Shown one piece after another: positions 1 to 11,422 of a stretch of DNA of 49,803 nt (the first letter of the stretch is position 1; each line of letters opens with the position of its first letter). This stretch comes from an uncultured Muribaculaceae bacterium. Lineage in GTDB: Bacteria; Bacillota_I; Bacilli_A; RF39; UBA660. The stretch spans positions 4,104-53,906 of the forward strand of contig CAYJPM010000001.1 in assembly GCA_964372145.1 (NCBI GenBank). Direction: 5' to 3'. The notes under the pieces are model-generated. The model worked only from the letters and a program-made list of their open reading frames with translations. It was not told the DNA's origin and ran no database searches. A program made the position numbers and the translations under genes.

Positions 1-79
1 TTTATTAGCATTCTCATTATTCATAAGTTCACTCCTACATCAACATTTTATCATATAATTACAAAACAAACTACCTTTT

Positions 80-1102
80 TTACATTCCAAATTCATCTTT
101 TATATCGCCTACTATTTCTTCAAGTATATCTTCGATAGTAACCATACCAATATAATCTTTATTATCACATATGATAGCTATTTGAGATTTATTACGTTTA
201 AGTTTGTTAAATACATCAATAATTACTTTGTTTTTATTAACAAATATTACATCCCTTACTATCTTATTGATTTTAATATTCTTATCGATATTTTTAAGAA
301 GATCTTTGATATGCAGTATACCAATTATTTCTTCTGAATCGTTAACTACAGGAATTTTACTAAAAACAACAAGATTTTTAGATAATAAATTTACAACTTC
401 TTTTACATTCATATTATAATTAATAGTAAACATATCTTTTTTATCTAACATAATATCAATTATTTTAATGTCATTAAATTCAAGTATATTGTGAATATAC
501 TTTTTTTCATATTGACGAAGTGTACCTCTATCATGACATTCATCAACTAGCATTTTTATTTCTTCTTCAGTAATTATTTCTTTTTCATGTTCATCAATAC
601 CAAATAAACTAGAAATAAAATCAGTAATTTTTGTAAGAATATATACAAAAGGGGTAAATATTATTGAAATAACAATTAATATATTTATAGTCATTTCAGA
701 AACTTCTTCAGAATGTTTCATAGCTATTCTTTTAGGAACTAGTTCACCAAAAACTAACATAAAGCATGACAATATAATAGTTATAATAACAATCATAATC
801 ATATTCCAATAATACTCATTTATAAAAGGAAATAAATCATAAAATATCGGAGATAACTTTTCAGCAAAAGTACTTGATGCAACAGCACTAGATAAAAAAC
901 CTGCAAAAGTAATACCAATTTGTATTGTTGCTAAAAATTTACTAGGCTGTTTTAGCATTTTATTAATCAAAATCGCTTTCTTATTACCTTCTTTAGCTTT
1001 ATTTTCTACTTTCAAATCATTTAACGTAACAAATGCCATCTCTATCCCAGCAAATAAAGCGTTACATAATATTAAAAATATTAATATTAATATTTCAGTC
1101 AT
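80..1102 (-). CDS. CNNM/DUF21 + CBS-pair + CorC_HlyC family membrane protein (TlyC/CorC-like, putative divalent-cation efflux)
   Basis: 340-aa ORF with a hydrophobic multi-TM N-terminus, then a CBS-like region and the C-terminal tail IEDILEEIVGDIKDEF typical of the CorC/HlyC family. AAGGAG SD lies 6 nt before the ATG. There is an 8-nt overlap with the upstream GGDEF gene. Confidence 0.8.
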   Translation of the reverse strand: MTEILILIFLILCNALFAGIEMAFVTLNDLKVENKAKEGNKKAILINKMLKQPSKFLATIQIGITFAGFLSSAVASSTFAEKLSPIFYDLFPFINEYYWNMIMIVIITIILSCFMLVFGELVPKRIAMKHSEEVSEMTINILIVISIIFTPFVYILTKITDFISSLFGIDEHEKEIITEEEIKMLVDECHDRGTLRQYEKKYIHNILEFNDIKIIDIMLDKKDMFTINYNMNVKEVVNLLSKNLVVFSKIPVVNDSEEIIGILHIKDLLKNIDKNIKINKIVRDVIFVNKNKVIIDVFNKLKRNKSQIAIICDNKDYIGMVTIEDILEEIVGDIKDEFGM

Positions 1103-1850
1103 TTTTTCTCCTTTTTCTTATATTATCACTATCATGTTTAATGTAATTAACACCTTCACCAAATAATATTTTATTTTTGCCATTCTTTTTTGCTTCTGAA
1201 AGAGCTTTATCAGCATCATTAAATATTTCATACAAACTATTCAATTCATTAATATCATTTAAATAATAAAGTTCTCCATATTTATTTAAAATATTTTCAA
1301 AACTAATTTCTGAATTATACTTTGATAAACCAATACTAACTGATAAATTACCATCATTTTCAGAATTACTATAAATTTCTTTACCGTAATTATAAACACT
1401 ATCTTGAATGACATATAATCTTTCAATTATAGTATCAACATTATCTATATCCATATCAAAAAATATATAAAATTCATCTCCACCATATCTAACAACAAAA
1501 TCAGATGAATTTTTTTCATCAATATTACTTCTTATATTAGATAAAAATATATTAGCAACATCTTTTAATACCTGATCACCTTTTTCATGACCAAAAGTAT
1601 CATTAATATTTTTAAAATTATCTAAATCACAATTTGCTACTAAATAACTTCTTGCTTCATTTTTAATAATTTTATTTTTTAATCCTACTCTATTAAAACA
1701 CCCAGTTAAAGGATCACAACAAAGTGTATCAATTAATAATTTTATTTTATCATTTTTTCTATAATTATCTAAGTTAAGATATAAATTTTCTACTTTTAAT
1801 TTAGCATTTTCATATCTAGCCATTCTGAATAATTTAGAATAATTTATCAT
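1095..1850 (-). CDS. Stand-alone GGDEF-domain diguanylate cyclase (no recognisable sensor domain)
   Basis: Motifs LTGCFNR, DLDNFKNINDTFGHEKGD and an intact RYGGDEFYIFF active site. GGAGG SD lies 8 nt before the ATG. Confidence 0.8.
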   Translation of the reverse strand: MINYSKLFRMARYENAKLKVENLYLNLDNYRKNDKIKLLIDTLCCDPLTGCFNRVGLKNKIIKNEARSYLVANCDLDNFKNINDTFGHEKGDQVLKDVANIFLSNIRSNIDEKNSSDFVVRYGGDEFYIFFDMDIDNVDTIIERLYVIQDSVYNYGKEIYSNSENDGNLSVSIGLSKYNSEISFENILNKYGELYYLNDINELNSLYEIFNDADKALSEAKKNGKNKILFGEGVNYIKHDSDNIRKRRKND

Positions 1851-1882
1851 AATTATATCCTCCTTATTAATATAATAAAATA

Positions 1883-2605
1883 TTATATATAGTATTTACT
1901 ACAAAAGTATTGATATAACAATTCACAATCATCAAAATTCATATCATCCATATTCTCATAGATATATTTTATATTAAGTTCTTTATATTTGCTTTTACCA
2001 TATGAATGATATGGTAAAAATTCCACTTTTTCAATATTAGGAATACCTCTTAAAAATTCAATTAATTTATCAACATATTCCTTGTTGTCATTATATCCAG
2101 GTATAATAACTTGTCTAATCCATATATTTTTATTATTCTTTATTAACGTATCAAAAAATTCCAAAGAAAATTTAATATCTACACCTGTTAAATTTAAGTA
2201 TTCATCATAATCAACATGTTTAACATCCATTATTACTAAATCAACTAAAGACAAAAGTTCTTCATAATTTCCATTACCAACACCTGCAGTATCTAGAGCA
2301 ATATGAATATTATCATCTTTTAATTTTTTACAAAGTTCAATAATAAATTCCTTCTGTAAAAGTGGCTCTCCCCCTGATAAAGTAACACCACCACCATTTT
2401 TAAAATAAGGTTTATTTCTAATAATTTTATTAAATAATTTTTCTACATCGTAATCTAATTTACCCATTTTCCAAGTTTCTGGATTATGACAATATTTACA
2501 TCTAAGCTTACATCCATTAAAAAATACTATAGTCCTAATACCAGGACCATCTAACATACCAGCAGTTTCGATTGAATCAATGCTTGCTAAGTTACATTTT
2601 TTCAT
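1883..2605 (-). CDS. pflA: Pyruvate formate-lyase activating enzyme (radical SAM)
   Basis: [14 protein letters not shown] (CxxxCxxC) cluster motif, [13 protein letters not shown], and position directly downstream of pflB. The ORF-track start at 2620 is a TTG; the first ATG (MKKCNLAS...) is at 2605. Confidence 0.9.
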   Translation of the reverse strand: MKKCNLASIDSIETAGMLDGPGIRTIVFFNGCKLRCKYCHNPETWKMGKLDYDVEKLFNKIIRNKPYFKNGGGVTLSGGEPLLQKEFIIELCKKLKDDNIHIALDTAGVGNGNYEELLSLVDLVIMDVKHVDYDEYLNLTGVDIKFSLEFFDTLIKNNKNIWIRQVIIPGYNDNKEYVDKLIEFLRGIPNIEKVEFLPYHSYGKSKYKELNIKYIYENMDDMNFDDCELLYQYFCSKYYI

Positions 2606-4820
2606 GGAAAGTTCTTTCAATAACTTCTTTTTGTTGTTCTTTTGTAAGTCTATTAAATCTTACAGCGTATCCAGAAACTCTTATAGTTAAAAGCGGATAG
2701 TTTTCCGGATTATGCATTGCATCTATTAACATTTCTTTATTAAGTACATTAACATTTAAATGGTGTGCATCTTGCATAAAATAACCATCTAATAAATTAA
2801 CTAAATTACTAATTTGGTCTTCTTTAGTTTTTCCTAAAGAAGAAGGCATAATAGTAAATGTATTAGATACTCCATCTTTACAACAATCTTTATAATTAAT
2901 TTTTGCAACTGAATTTAAAGACGCTATAGCACCTGATTCATCACGGCAATGCATTGGATTTGCTCCAGGAGCAAAAGGTACACCTTTTTTTCTACCATCT
3001 GGTGTAGCACCAGTTTTCTTACCATATACAACATTACTTGTTATAGTTAATACTGAAAGTGTTGGTTCGGCACCCTTATAACATTTATGTTTTTTTAGTT
3101 CACTCGAAACTTTTTCTAATACTTCTAAAGCTATATCATCTACTCTATCATCATCATTTCCATATTTTGGAAAATCACCTTCTATTTCAAAATCAATAGC
3201 TAATCCTTCTTCATTTCTAATGGGTTTAACTTTAGCATATTTTATCGCAGATAATGAATCAGCAACAACTGAAAGACCCGCTACTCCATATGCCATATAA
3301 TGATGAACTTCACTATCATGTAAAGCCATTTGAACACCTTCATATGAATATTTATCATGCATATAATGAATTATATTCATAGCTTTAGCATATATAGTAC
3401 ATATTTTTTCTAATATCTTAAAATATTCTTTCTTTACTGTTTCATAATCTAATACTTCAGTTATATCTTTTACAAAACCTTCAATAACACAAGCCCCATT
3501 TACTTCATCAATACCACCATTTATTGCATAAAGTAATCCTTTAACTAAATTACATCTAGCCCCAAAAAATTGCATATCTTTACCAAGTCTCATCGCAGAA
3601 ACACAACAAGCAATTCCATAATCATTTCCATAAATAGGTCTCATCAAATCATCATTTTCATATTGAATTGAATCTGTAAGTATTGAAATTTCAGCACAAT
3701 ATTCTTTGAAGTTTTTTGGTAACAATTCACTCCACAAAATAGTTAAATTTGGTTCTGGAGCAGGTTTTAAATTAACAAGAGTATGTAAAATACGATAACT
3801 AGTTTTAGTAACCATACTTACATCTTTAGTTGTCATACCACCTATTACACAAGTAACCCAAGTAGGATCTCCAGAAAATAATTCATCATAATCTGGTGTT
3901 CTCAAATGTCTAACTAATCTAAGTTTAATAACTAATTGATCGATTAACTCTTGAGCATCCTTTTCAGTAATTAATCCATTTTCCAAATCTCTTTCAATAT
4001 AAATATCTAAAAATGCATCAATTCTACCCATACTCATTGCAGCACCATTATTTTCTTTAACTGACGCTAAATATCCAAAATATAACCATTGTACTGCTTC
4101 TTTAGCATTACTAGCAGGTCTAGATATATCATAACCATATCTTAAAGCCATTTTCTTAACTTCTTCTAAAGCTTTAACTTGAGTAAATATCTCTTCTCTA
4201 AGTCTAATTAAATCTTCAGACATATCATCAGAAGTTATTGTATTCCAGTCTTTAGTTTTTTCTTCTATTAATTTATCTATTCCATATAATGCGATTCTTC
4301 TGTAATCTCCAATTATTCTTCCTCTACCATATGCATCAGGAAGACCAGTTAAAAGTCCAGCTTTTCTTGCTTTTCTAATATCTTCATCATATACCGAAAA
4401 CACTCCATCATTATGAGTTTTAACATATTTATTTAAAAATACAGATAAATCTTTATTTAAACTATACCCATGAGCAGACAATGCTTGTTCAGCCATTCTA
4501 AATCCACCAAATGGTTGAACTATTCTTTTACCAGCTTTATCAGTTTGAAGTCCAAATATTACTTCATTTGCTTTATCTAAATAACCAGGTTCAAAAGAAT
4601 TAACCCCGCTTATTATTTCAGTTTCAATATCTATAACACCTTTTTTTGCTTCTTCTTTTAAAACTTCCTCATATTTTTCTAAAACTTTATTTGTCTTATC
4701 AGAAATACTTTCTAAAAAGTTTTTATCTCCTTCATATATTTTATAATTGTTAATAATAAAATCTTCTACATTGATCTCATTATTCCAATCATTTTCTATA
4801 AATTTACTCCATTCTTTCAT
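2592..4820 (-). CDS. pflB: Formate C-acetyltransferase (pyruvate formate-lyase, glycyl radical enzyme)
   Basis: 742 aa with the C-terminal glycyl-radical signature RVSGYAVRF and the active-site Cys-Cys ([10 protein letters not shown]). AAAGGTGA SD is present. Confidence 0.95.
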   Translation of the reverse strand: MKEWSKFIENDWNNEINVEDFIINNYKIYEGDKNFLESISDKTNKVLEKYEEVLKEEAKKGVIDIETEIISGVNSFEPGYLDKANEVIFGLQTDKAGKRIVQPFGGFRMAEQALSAHGYSLNKDLSVFLNKYVKTHNDGVFSVYDEDIRKARKAGLLTGLPDAYGRGRIIGDYRRIALYGIDKLIEEKTKDWNTITSDDMSEDLIRLREEIFTQVKALEEVKKMALRYGYDISRPASNAKEAVQWLYFGYLASVKENNGAAMSMGRIDAFLDIYIERDLENGLITEKDAQELIDQLVIKLRLVRHLRTPDYDELFSGDPTWVTCVIGGMTTKDVSMVTKTSYRILHTLVNLKPAPEPNLTILWSELLPKNFKEYCAEISILTDSIQYENDDLMRPIYGNDYGIACCVSAMRLGKDMQFFGARCNLVKGLLYAINGGIDEVNGACVIEGFVKDITEVLDYETVKKEYFKILEKICTIYAKAMNIIHYMHDKYSYEGVQMALHDSEVHHYMAYGVAGLSVVADSLSAIKYAKVKPIRNEEGLAIDFEIEGDFPKYGNDDDRVDDIALEVLEKVSSELKKHKCYKGAEPTLSVLTITSNVVYGKKTGATPDGRKKGVPFAPGANPMHCRDESGAIASLNSVAKINYKDCCKDGVSNTFTIMPSSLGKTKEDQISNLVNLLDGYFMQDAHHLNVNVLNKEMLIDAMHNPENYPLLTIRVSGYAVRFNRLTKEQQKEVIERTFHEKM

Positions 4821-4870
4821 TTATTATCACCTTTCTAATAAATTATATCACTTATATTTTAAGTTGTATA

Positions 4871-7453
4871 TCAAACTTTATGATAATTATTTTCATTTTC
4901 ATTTAATTCACTTAAAACATTATTTATAATATCCATTGTATCACTATTTATAATGCCACTATAATTATCTTTGAACTTTAATAAAACATTACAATACTCT
5001 AATACTTCATTTGAATTTTTAGACATAAGATAACATTTCATACTATTATAAATTAATTTATACATTTGATTATCATTTAAATATAAATTCAAATTATTTT
5101 TTTTAAGTAATTTATTATACCCATAAAATAAATTACTATTAGCTACGCCATCAAAAGCATCAAATAATTTTAAATTTTCTTCTAAATTTTCTTTTACCAT
5201 ATTTGATAATGTAGGTATATCTACACATAATTCATAATTATTAATCGCATCTAGTAGCTCACCTGGCATAAACGTTCTAGGTACTTTATATATATATAAA
5301 TTAATATATTTATTAAGTAAATAAGGAGTATTACTATAAGCTTTAAGACAAAATAAAATAGTATCTTTATCTGATAAATTATAACCATACGCTATAGTTT
5401 TAGGTGAAAATATTTTACCATCATTCACTTTATTTATAAACTCACTTACATTCGGATACTTATCTTTTATTAAACTAAGTTCGTAAAGTAATAGTTTCTT
5501 TTCACTAGCCACAAATTCTTCACTAAAAGATGACTCAAGAAAATCATAAAAGTTTTGTGAAGCAATTATCTCATTATTATTATCTTTATTATCTACATAA
5601 TCATCAACTAATTTTACAACACATTTTTCTTTTAATACATTAATAAATTTATTATCTTTTCTTATACCACCTATAGTAAAACTTAACCCTAAATTATTTT
5701 TTCTAAATACTTCATTATTAACACTATTAACTATTAACTCCATAGTTTCTATATCAAAATCTTCACTTTGTTCGATCATTTTAAGTAAAGAATCATTTAA
5801 TAAATCTTCATTAAATATTTCTAAATCCACTTTATTTAATACTTCAAAAAATAATTTAACATCAATGTTCTTCTCAAATATTAACTGGGCAATTTTCTCT
5901 TTGAAAATTGGTCTACCTATATAATTTAAATCACTATATATTGATTCAAATTCATCAAACTCTTTTAACACATCATCAATATTCATATTACTTTTATTAA
6001 GCAAATCATTACTTAATAAATTTTGAGTAAAATATATAAATAAATAATTTGAACAACAGTTATTATCTTTAAAAGATTTTTGATATATTTTAATATAAAA
6101 ATCTATATAATCTTTCCTATCAATCTTTCCTTCAATTAACTCTTCAGAATAATATTTTAAATTAATATAATTATAAATATTTTGTTCTAAAGAATTAGAT
6201 ATGATTTTAAATATTTCTTCATTTTGTTTATTATTAAATAATTCTAAATTATACTTAATCATTTCAACATAAGAATTATACAAAAGTGAATTTTGATCAA
6301 TATCAAAATTTATTAAATTAGTGTTGATAAATTCTTCTAATTCATTATTATCACCGTTCATAAAATCTATCGTTATAAGAAAAGAATGAATTTGCATTTT
6401 TTCTAAATTACCAAGATCTAATAATTCAGCATAATTTTTATATATAATAAGCATATTTAGTATATGCTGAGTTTTATACTTAATATCAACATATTCTTTA
6501 ACAAATGGCATAACTTCGTTAGTAAAACTATCCGCTATAAATTTCATGTCTTCTAAAGATTTATTTTTATCAACAGTTAAATTATTTTTTAAAAAAGAAG
6601 ACTTTATCCCTATTTCAGAAAATCTAATTTTATACTTACTTAAAAAATCATTTGGTAAATTATTATATTTACTTTTTATAATATCAAAATTTTTTTCACC
6701 ATTCTTAATTAAAGATTCATAAATACATTCTTGTAATAATTCATTATTACTTATATTAATAATACCCAAATCTAAAATTGTATTTAAAACTAGCTCGTTA
6801 TTAATTTTTTTTAACATTTGTTTTTCATGTTTAGACATAAAATGTAACGATGTTGTGTTATGATCAACTTTTAAAAATAAATCACTATTTTCTTTACCAA
6901 TATATTTAACTAACTTTTTATAAAATTCTGATTCAAAATAATCATTCTTATTTGTTTTACCTTCAAATACATAACTATAAATTAATTCATCATTAGACAA
7001 AGCAGCAAGACTCTTCGCAAACATTCCCGATACTATATAAGATGTTTTTCTTACTGAATCTACTCCTTTAAAATCATTATATATTTTATCAGATATATAA
7101 TCTGCAACTCCTTCTTCAAATCTAAATAATCTGCCTCTTCCACTATATTTATATGATACAGCGTGAGTTATTTCATGAAGAACAATTCTTTTAAAATTCT
7201 CTTCATCAATAGACTTAACCCCATTATCAGAATTAAATATATGAGGAGATACATTAAAAAATTGAATCTCACCAGCACTTGTAAAAGAAGCATATTCTGT
7301 GTGATTATAATTTGTTTTAATAGGTATTTCATTTAAATAAATTCTTAGTTCCTCTATCTCATTAGAAGATATTATATTTTTAGATGAAATAAAATTTAAA
7401 TACATATCAATGCATTCTAAAAATATGCCATTAATTTTATTTTCTAAATTCAT
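4871..7453 (-). CDS. Large cytoplasmic hypothetical protein with N-terminal HExxH (gluzincin-like) motif
   Basis: Long uninterrupted ORF. The ATG at 7453 is preceded by GGAGGG (the ORF-track start at 7465 lies inside that SD). The only recognisable motif is IVLHEITHAV followed about 20 aa later by FEEGVADY. No signal peptide or TM segment. The remaining roughly 700 aa are N/K/E/L-rich. Confidence 0.6.
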   Translation of the reverse strand: MNLENKINGIFLECIDMYLNFISSKNIISSNEIEELRIYLNEIPIKTNYNHTEYASFTSAGEIQFFNVSPHIFNSDNGVKSIDEENFKRIVLHEITHAVSYKYSGRGRLFRFEEGVADYISDKIYNDFKGVDSVRKTSYIVSGMFAKSLAALSNDELIYSYVFEGKTNKNDYFESEFYKKLVKYIGKENSDLFLKVDHNTTSLHFMSKHEKQMLKKINNELVLNTILDLGIINISNNELLQECIYESLIKNGEKNFDIIKSKYNNLPNDFLSKYKIRFSEIGIKSSFLKNNLTVDKNKSLEDMKFIADSFTNEVMPFVKEYVDIKYKTQHILNMLIIYKNYAELLDLGNLEKMQIHSFLITIDFMNGDNNELEEFINTNLINFDIDQNSLLYNSYVEMIKYNLELFNNKQNEEIFKIISNSLEQNIYNYINLKYYSEELIEGKIDRKDYIDFYIKIYQKSFKDNNCCSNYLFIYFTQNLLSNDLLNKSNMNIDDVLKEFDEFESIYSDLNYIGRPIFKEKIAQLIFEKNIDVKLFFEVLNKVDLEIFNEDLLNDSLLKMIEQSEDFDIETMELIVNSVNNEVFRKNNLGLSFTIGGIRKDNKFINVLKEKCVVKLVDDYVDNKDNNNEIIASQNFYDFLESSFSEEFVASEKKLLLYELSLIKDKYPNVSEFINKVNDGKIFSPKTIAYGYNLSDKDTILFCLKAYSNTPYLLNKYINLYIYKVPRTFMPGELLDAINNYELCVDIPTLSNMVKENLEENLKLFDAFDGVANSNLFYGYNKLLKKNNLNLYLNDNQMYKLIYNSMKCYLMSKNSNEVLEYCNVLLKFKDNYSGIINSDTMDIINNVLSELNENENNYHKV

Positions 7454-7506
7454 ATTACCCTCCATATTGTTTGTATAATTATTATACCATTATTTAAACA
7501 AAAAAG

Positions 7507-8121
7507 TTAAGATTTTTTTCTATTTTTCTTAACTTTTTTTAATGTAATATTTTCTATTAAAATAAATAATAACACATACAACATAGATATCATAATACCA
7601 GAATATACATCACTAAAATAATGTACACCTAGATATATTCTACTATAACCAATTAAAATTATTAAAGTAGTTAACAATATTGTATAAATTAATTTTAAAC
7701 TACTTTTTAATTTAGATTTAATTATTAAATATATTATCATTCCATAAAATGCTGCACTAACCATAGAGTGTCCACTTGGAAATGAAAAACTTTCTTCTAA
7801 GACAACCATATCTGAAGGTCTTTCTCTTTCAAATATAAGTTTCAATCCAGTATTCGTTAAATATATAAATATTAATGTAAAAATTACATAATATTTATTT
7901 TTATTTCTAACAAAAATAAGTAAAAACAGCGATAGTAAAATTAAAAATGTAGCAGAACCGAAGAATGTAATTATTTTCATTATATCAACACCCAAATCAG
8001 TTCTTATATTAGATATATACTCTATTACAAACATATCTATTTTTAATAATTTATCACTAAATAGAATTAAAATTATTCCAACAAATATTATTCCTAATAT
8101 ATAAAATTTTAATCTCTTCAT
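7507..8121 (-). CDS. PAP2-family membrane phosphatase (undecaprenyl-diphosphate/phosphatidic-acid phosphatase-like)
   Basis: Polytopic 204-aa ORF with the three PAP2 motifs KLIFERERP, PSGHS and SRIYLGVHYFSDV. Confidence 0.8.
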   Translation of the reverse strand: MKRLKFYILGIIFVGIILILFSDKLLKIDMFVIEYISNIRTDLGVDIMKIITFFGSATFLILLSLFLLIFVRNKNKYYVIFTLIFIYLTNTGLKLIFERERPSDMVVLEESFSFPSGHSMVSAAFYGMIIYLIIKSKLKSSLKLIYTILLTTLIILIGYSRIYLGVHYFSDVYSGIMISMLYVLLFILIENITLKKVKKNRKKS

Positions 8122-8122
8122 A

Positions 8123-10207
8123 TTATTCTAGAACCACTTCTAATATAGTATCACTATTAACTATAGTATCTATTGGTATAGTTTGACTTATAACATAACC
8201 AGATCCTTTTATATTACATTTTATATCCATTAAATTACATATTGTATTAACATCATTTAAACTATAATTAGTTAAATCTACCATCTTAATATTTGAAGAA
8301 TTTGTTTTTAAAAATAACTTATCATCTTTAAATAATATCGTGTTTTTAAGAGGATATTGATTAGTAATATAATTACCATCACCTATAATAATAGGATTAA
8401 TATTAAGAGGTTCTAATTTATTTAAAGTTTCACTTAATTTAGTACTAATATAATTATCTAAAACTACTTTATCATTAATTTTATGATTAATTTCTTCATC
8501 AGTTATTTTGGCAAAAGAAGCAATTTCTTCAATCGCAGTAGTAGTTATATCAGATAACGTTGTAGTTGTTCCAGTATATTTAGAAACAGCCATATACATT
8601 ATATATTTAGGATCATCCTGAGGAAATATTGACATAAAACTTCTTATAACGTTTGAATCACCAGTTAAATATCCACCACTTGGATCTGCAATTTGAGCTG
8701 TTCCTGTTTTACCAATAATAGTTACATTTTCAGGTTGCCATAATGCACTAACTCCATTATATACAGCATCATACATTAAATTATTCATATAATCAGTTGT
8801 AGACTTACTAAATACTTTTTCTACTTCTTCTCTTCCACCTTGATAAGTAACTTCACCATTCTCATCAACAATTTTATCAACTATATAAGGTTTTAACATA
8901 GTTCCATCATTAGTCATAGTAGTATACGCTTGTAATAATTGTATTGGAGTTGTAGTCATACCTTGTCCAAAAGCTGCATTAGCTATTTCAGTATTATAGT
9001 AAAAATCTATATCCCCATAAACTTCACCAGATAATTCTATATCAGTTTTACTTCCAAAACCTAGAGAATCATAATAATGATTTAATCTTTCAACACCTAA
9101 TTCTAAAGCAATAATAGAAGTTGCTACATTAGAAGAATAAGCATACCCTTTATCAAAAGTAATATCACCCCATCCAATCTTATTAAAATCACTTATTGTA
9201 GCATCATCTATTTCTATATTACCAGATGTAAATATTTCTTGACCATCATATATACTTTCTTCTATTGCAGATGCAAATGAAAAAGTTTTCATAGTAGAAC
9301 CAGGTTCATACTGATAACTAACTAAAGGATTTAAATAACTGGTAATAGTATTTAAATTATTAGGATTAAATGTTGGACTAGTAGAACTAGCAACTATCGC
9401 ACCAGTTTCTGCATCCATTACAGTAAATATTGCCCATTCATGTTCATTTTCTTTAGATAATTTGTTAATAGCATTTTCAGTAATTAATTGTATATTACTA
9501 TCTATCGTTAAATAAATATCATCACCACTAACCGCAGGTGTAGTATATTCAGGAACATTTGCTATTTTATATCCATATGCATCTTTTTGATAAGTAGTTT
9601 CACCATTAATACCACTTAAAATATCATCATAATATCCTTCAATTCCAAGTTCTCCAATTATTTCTCCATCAGTACTAGGTTTAGCATAACCTACTATATA
9701 AGATGCAAATGTACCAGATTGATAATATCTACTTACTGATTCTATAAAACCTATACCCGGTAAATCAAGAGCATCTATTTTACTTTTAGTAAGTTCAGTA
9801 ATATTATGATCAAGTTCAACTTGATATTTATCTTTATTAAGACTTTCTAATATTACAGATTCTTCTATTCCGAGTATAATAGACAATGCATTAGCAGTTC
9901 CTGCTTTATCTATTACATGTCTTGGATCATCTTCATCCTCAGTTCTTTCTTCTTCTAAAAAAGCTATAACTGTATATGAATTAACTGTCTCAGCTAATAT
10001 TTCACCATTTTGATCATATATTACACCACGATCAGCATAAAGCGTTTTTTCGACAGTATTTCTAGAATTAGCAAAAGCCTCTATATTCATACCGTCTACT
10101 ACTGTTGCTATATTAACGTAACTTAGTTTAATAATTGCTACAACTAAAAAAAGAGCAACAGCTATAAATATAAATTTACTATTATGTATTGTTACTCTTC
10201 TATTCAC
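8123..10207 (-). CDS. pbpB: Class B penicillin-binding protein (FtsI/PBP2B type) with C-terminal PASTA-like repeats
   Basis: N-terminal TM anchor plus transpeptidase motifs STMK (GSTMKTF), SSN (YSSNV) and KTGTA. Position after ftsL in the dcw cluster. GTG start with AAGGAG SD. Confidence 0.9.
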   Translation of the reverse strand: MNRRVTIHNSKFIFIAVALFLVVAIIKLSYVNIATVVDGMNIEAFANSRNTVEKTLYADRGVIYDQNGEILAETVNSYTVIAFLEEERTEDEDDPRHVIDKAGTANALSIILGIEESVILESLNKDKYQVELDHNITELTKSKIDALDLPGIGFIESVSRYYQSGTFASYIVGYAKPSTDGEIIGELGIEGYYDDILSGINGETTYQKDAYGYKIANVPEYTTPAVSGDDIYLTIDSNIQLITENAINKLSKENEHEWAIFTVMDAETGAIVASSTSPTFNPNNLNTITSYLNPLVSYQYEPGSTMKTFSFASAIEESIYDGQEIFTSGNIEIDDATISDFNKIGWGDITFDKGYAYSSNVATSIIALELGVERLNHYYDSLGFGSKTDIELSGEVYGDIDFYYNTEIANAAFGQGMTTTPIQLLQAYTTMTNDGTMLKPYIVDKIVDENGEVTYQGGREEVEKVFSKSTTDYMNNLMYDAVYNGVSALWQPENVTIIGKTGTAQIADPSGGYLTGDSNVIRSFMSIFPQDDPKYIMYMAVSKYTGTTTTLSDITTTAIEEIASFAKITDEEINHKINDKVVLDNYISTKLSETLNKLEPLNINPIIIGDGNYITNQYPLKNTILFKDDKLFLKTNSSNIKMVDLTNYSLNDVNTICNLMDIKCNIKGSGYVISQTIPIDTIVNSDTILEVVLE

Positions 10208-10208
10208 A

Positions 10209-10508
10209 TTATTCTCCTTCGATTACTTTAATATTCCCATTTACATAAGACAACCCATATTCATCTGCTATCGATTGAATATTTTGTAAACTAGCAAGTT
10301 CATTAAGTTGCATTGATAAACTTTCATTTAAACTAAGTTGAACATCAATTTTACTTTCTAAATCTTCAACCTTAATATTAGTTTCAGATAATAGAGCATT
10401 TGTAAAAACATCAATTACAGGTATAGCAACCACTAACAAAGCTAAAAGAACATACATAAACTTTTCTCCTTTTAACATTTTATATCTTTTTGTTTTTACT
10501 TTTTTCAT
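10209..10508 (-). CDS. ftsL: Cell-division protein FtsL
   Basis: 99 aa with a basic N-terminus, a single TM segment and a coiled-coil tail. Conserved position between rsmH and pbpB. Confidence 0.7.
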   Translation of the reverse strand: MKKVKTKRYKMLKGEKFMYVLLALLVVAIPVIDVFTNALLSETNIKVEDLESKIDVQLSLNESLSMQLNELASLQNIQSIADEYGLSYVNGNIKVIEGE

Positions 10509-10510
10509 AA

Positions 10511-11422
10511 TTATATCCTTTCGATAACTCTAAGTTTAGCACTATTACTTCTACTATTTTCCTCTAATTCAATTTGGGAAGGTAAAAGAGGATTTTTATT
10601 AACTAACTTAATAAGCGGTTTATACTCATCAGGTATAACAGGTAACCCTCTAACCATACTATTTATTTCACTATATTTTCTAAATATAGTCTTAACAACT
10701 CTATCTTCAAGTGAATGAAATGATATTACACATATTCTTCCACCAGGTTTAAGAATACTAATTGCATCAGGAAGTACACTTTCTAATACTTTTAATTCTT
10801 CATTAACTTCTATTCTTATAGCTTGAAATATTTTTCTTTCAGGATGATTCTTATAAAAATAATTAGCACCAGTAGCACTTTTAATTACTTCTACTAACTC
10901 CATTGTTGTATTAATATTTTCTTTATTACTTAATATTTTTTTAGCAATAACTCTAGATAACTTTTCTTCACCATATCTAAAAAATACTTCAACTAATTTT
11001 TCTTCACTATAATTCACGATAATATCTTTAGCGCTCATACCTTCATTAGACATTCTCATATCAAGTGGTCCATCATTCATAAATGAAAAACCTCTTTCAG
11101 GATTATCTATCTGAGGTGATGAAAAACCTAAATCAAAGATTATTCCATCTACTAAATCTATATTTTCTTCATGAAGCTTTTCTTTCATTACTTCAAAATT
11201 ACTTTTGATAATTTTAAAATTATTACTTATTTTTGATAACTTATCAGTTGAATATTTAATAGCTTCTTCATCTTGATCAAAACAATATAAATAACCATCT
11301 TCTAACTTAGATAAAACTTCACTACTATGCCCAGCATACCCTACAGTAGCATCAACATATATTCCATCTTTCTTAATATTTAAATTATCAATAACTTCAT
11401 TTTTTAAAACACTATAATGCAT
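10511..11422 (-). CDS. rsmH: 16S rRNA (cytosine1402-N4)-methyltransferase RsmH (MraW)
   Basis: MHYSVLKNEVI...YVDATVGYAGHS...DLGFSSPQID...ISFHSLEDR motifs. The probable start is the MHYSVL ATG at 11422; the ORF-track start at 11476 would overlap mraZ by 65 nt. Confidence 0.9.
   Translation of the reverse strand: MHYSVLKNEVIDNLNIKKDGIYVDATVGYAGHSSEVLSKLEDGYLYCFDQDEEAIKYSTDKLSKISNNFKIIKSNFEVMKEKLHEENIDLVDGIIFDLGFSSPQIDNPERGFSFMNDGPLDMRMSNEGMSAKDIIVNYSEEKLVEVFFRYGEEKLSRVIAKKILSNKENINTTMELVEVIKSATGANYFYKNHPERKIFQAIRIEVNEELKVLESVLPDAISILKPGGRICVISFHSLEDRVVKTIFRKYSEINSMVRGLPVIPDEYKPLIKLVNKNPLLPSQIELEENSRSNSAKLRVIERI

Noticed and set aside
1-24. Start of another minus-strand gene (GGAGTGAACTT-ATG-AAT-AAT-GAG...) running off the left edge
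   Set aside because: Only 8 codons are visible. It is plausible, given a good SD, but no product can be supported.
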